The position numbers and the translations under genes were made by a program. A DNA stretch of 21,497 nt, from the NCBI RefSeq assembly GCF_006345805.1, contig NW_021824078.1, positions 1 through 21,497 on the forward strand. The letters are read 5' to 3'. This document shows, in pieces, positions 20,643-21,497 of the stretch. Source of the stretch: Octopus sinensis. Lineage: Eukaryota. The notes under the pieces are model-generated. The model worked only from the letters and a program-made list of their open reading frames with translations, was not told the origin of the DNA and did not search any database. How positions within the stretch are numbered: position 1 is the stretch's first letter; each line of letters begins with the position of its first letter.

Positions 20643-20877
20643 TATTTCTTTACTACCCACAAGGGGCTAAACACAGAGAGGACAAACAGGGACAGACAAA
20701 CGGATTAAGTCGATTACATCGACCCCAGTGCGTAACTGGTACTTATTTAATCGACCCCAAACGGATGAAAGGTAAAGTCGACCTCGGCGGAATTTGAACT
20801 CAGAACGTAGCGGCAGACGAAATACTGCTAAGCATTTCGCCCGGCGTGCTAACGTTTCTGCCAGCTCGCCACCCTTC
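20643..20877 (-). mobile_element. SINE-B, full length, antisense to the neighbouring copies
   Basis: Complete head to tail; ATAAATTAAGTACC on both sides (20629-20642, 20878-20891). Confidence 0.92.
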
Positions 20878-20935
20878 ATAAATTAAGTACCAGTGAAACA
20901 CTGGGGTCGATATAATCGACTAGTCCTCTCCCCCA
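20878..20935 (+). mobile_element. 3' fragment of a SINE-B-related subfamily
   Basis: AAGTACCAGTGAAACACTGGGGTCGATATAATCGACTAGTCC differs from the CAGTTACGCAC variant. Confidence 0.7.
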
Positions 20936-21329
20936 TAGTAGAAGGGATTATTTACACATTATGCAGCTCCACTTAAACCTTGTATTGACTTTGTACATCA
21001 GTTTATCTACAGACATTTTTTGAGTCAACAAATATTGCATGTTTAGACAAATGTAAATACTATTATTTAAAAATATATAAAATCAGTAATTTATAAAGCT
21101 TTTATAATTTAAGTCTCTCTGCCTACTAAAGATCCAAAACTGTGTAAAAAATTTAAAAAAAAAAAACAAAGAGATGGATCGAGTATACAAAAAGAACAGC
21201 ACTTTCGGCATCGGGAATTATGGGCCAAAACTTGTTCTCCATTACATACAGGTCTTTCCACAAACATTGTAAAGAATGCTATTGCTTCTAGGCAACGGCC
21301 AGCCTCGATAGAAATGTGTGTTTAAGTAT

Positions 21330-21440
21330 GATTATATATATATATATACATGCATGTATGATATAAATGATATATATATGCATAAGCAAACACAAACACA
21401 CACAACACACACACATATACATACACATATATATAATGTA

Positions 21441-21497
<57 letters not shown>
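21330..21497. repeat. Compound TA/CA microsatellite
   Basis: Runs to the window end. Confidence 0.95.

Noticed and set aside
21230-21325. Possible small exon on either strand
   Set aside because: Splice-like motifs only; no recognisable peptide or partner exon

Overview
Repeat-saturated, AT-rich eukaryotic DNA with no supportable protein-coding gene. The tRNA-derived SINE families and dense (TA)n/(CA)n tracts suggest an octopus (coleoid cephalopod) genome; this is inferred by pattern recognition, not by a database search. The window holds about 13 copies or fragments of one tRNA-headed SINE ('SINE-A', working name), concatemers of a second ('SINE-B'), and one copy of a third ('SINE-C') with a target-site duplication. 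It also holds a 2.5-kb array of 81 monomers of a 31-bp satellite, a non-autonomous Helitron whose 5' half is present again in inverted orientation, a mariner-derived MITE, and a 110-bp MITE-like insert carrying (TAACCC)n. The most notable element is a ~205-bp unit at 12872-13078 (-) containing a minimal hammerhead ribozyme of the Penelope/retrozyme type. Nearly all ORFs in the track are artefacts of microsatellites, satellites or SINEs. A possible decayed coding remnant lies at 15245-15795 (-).
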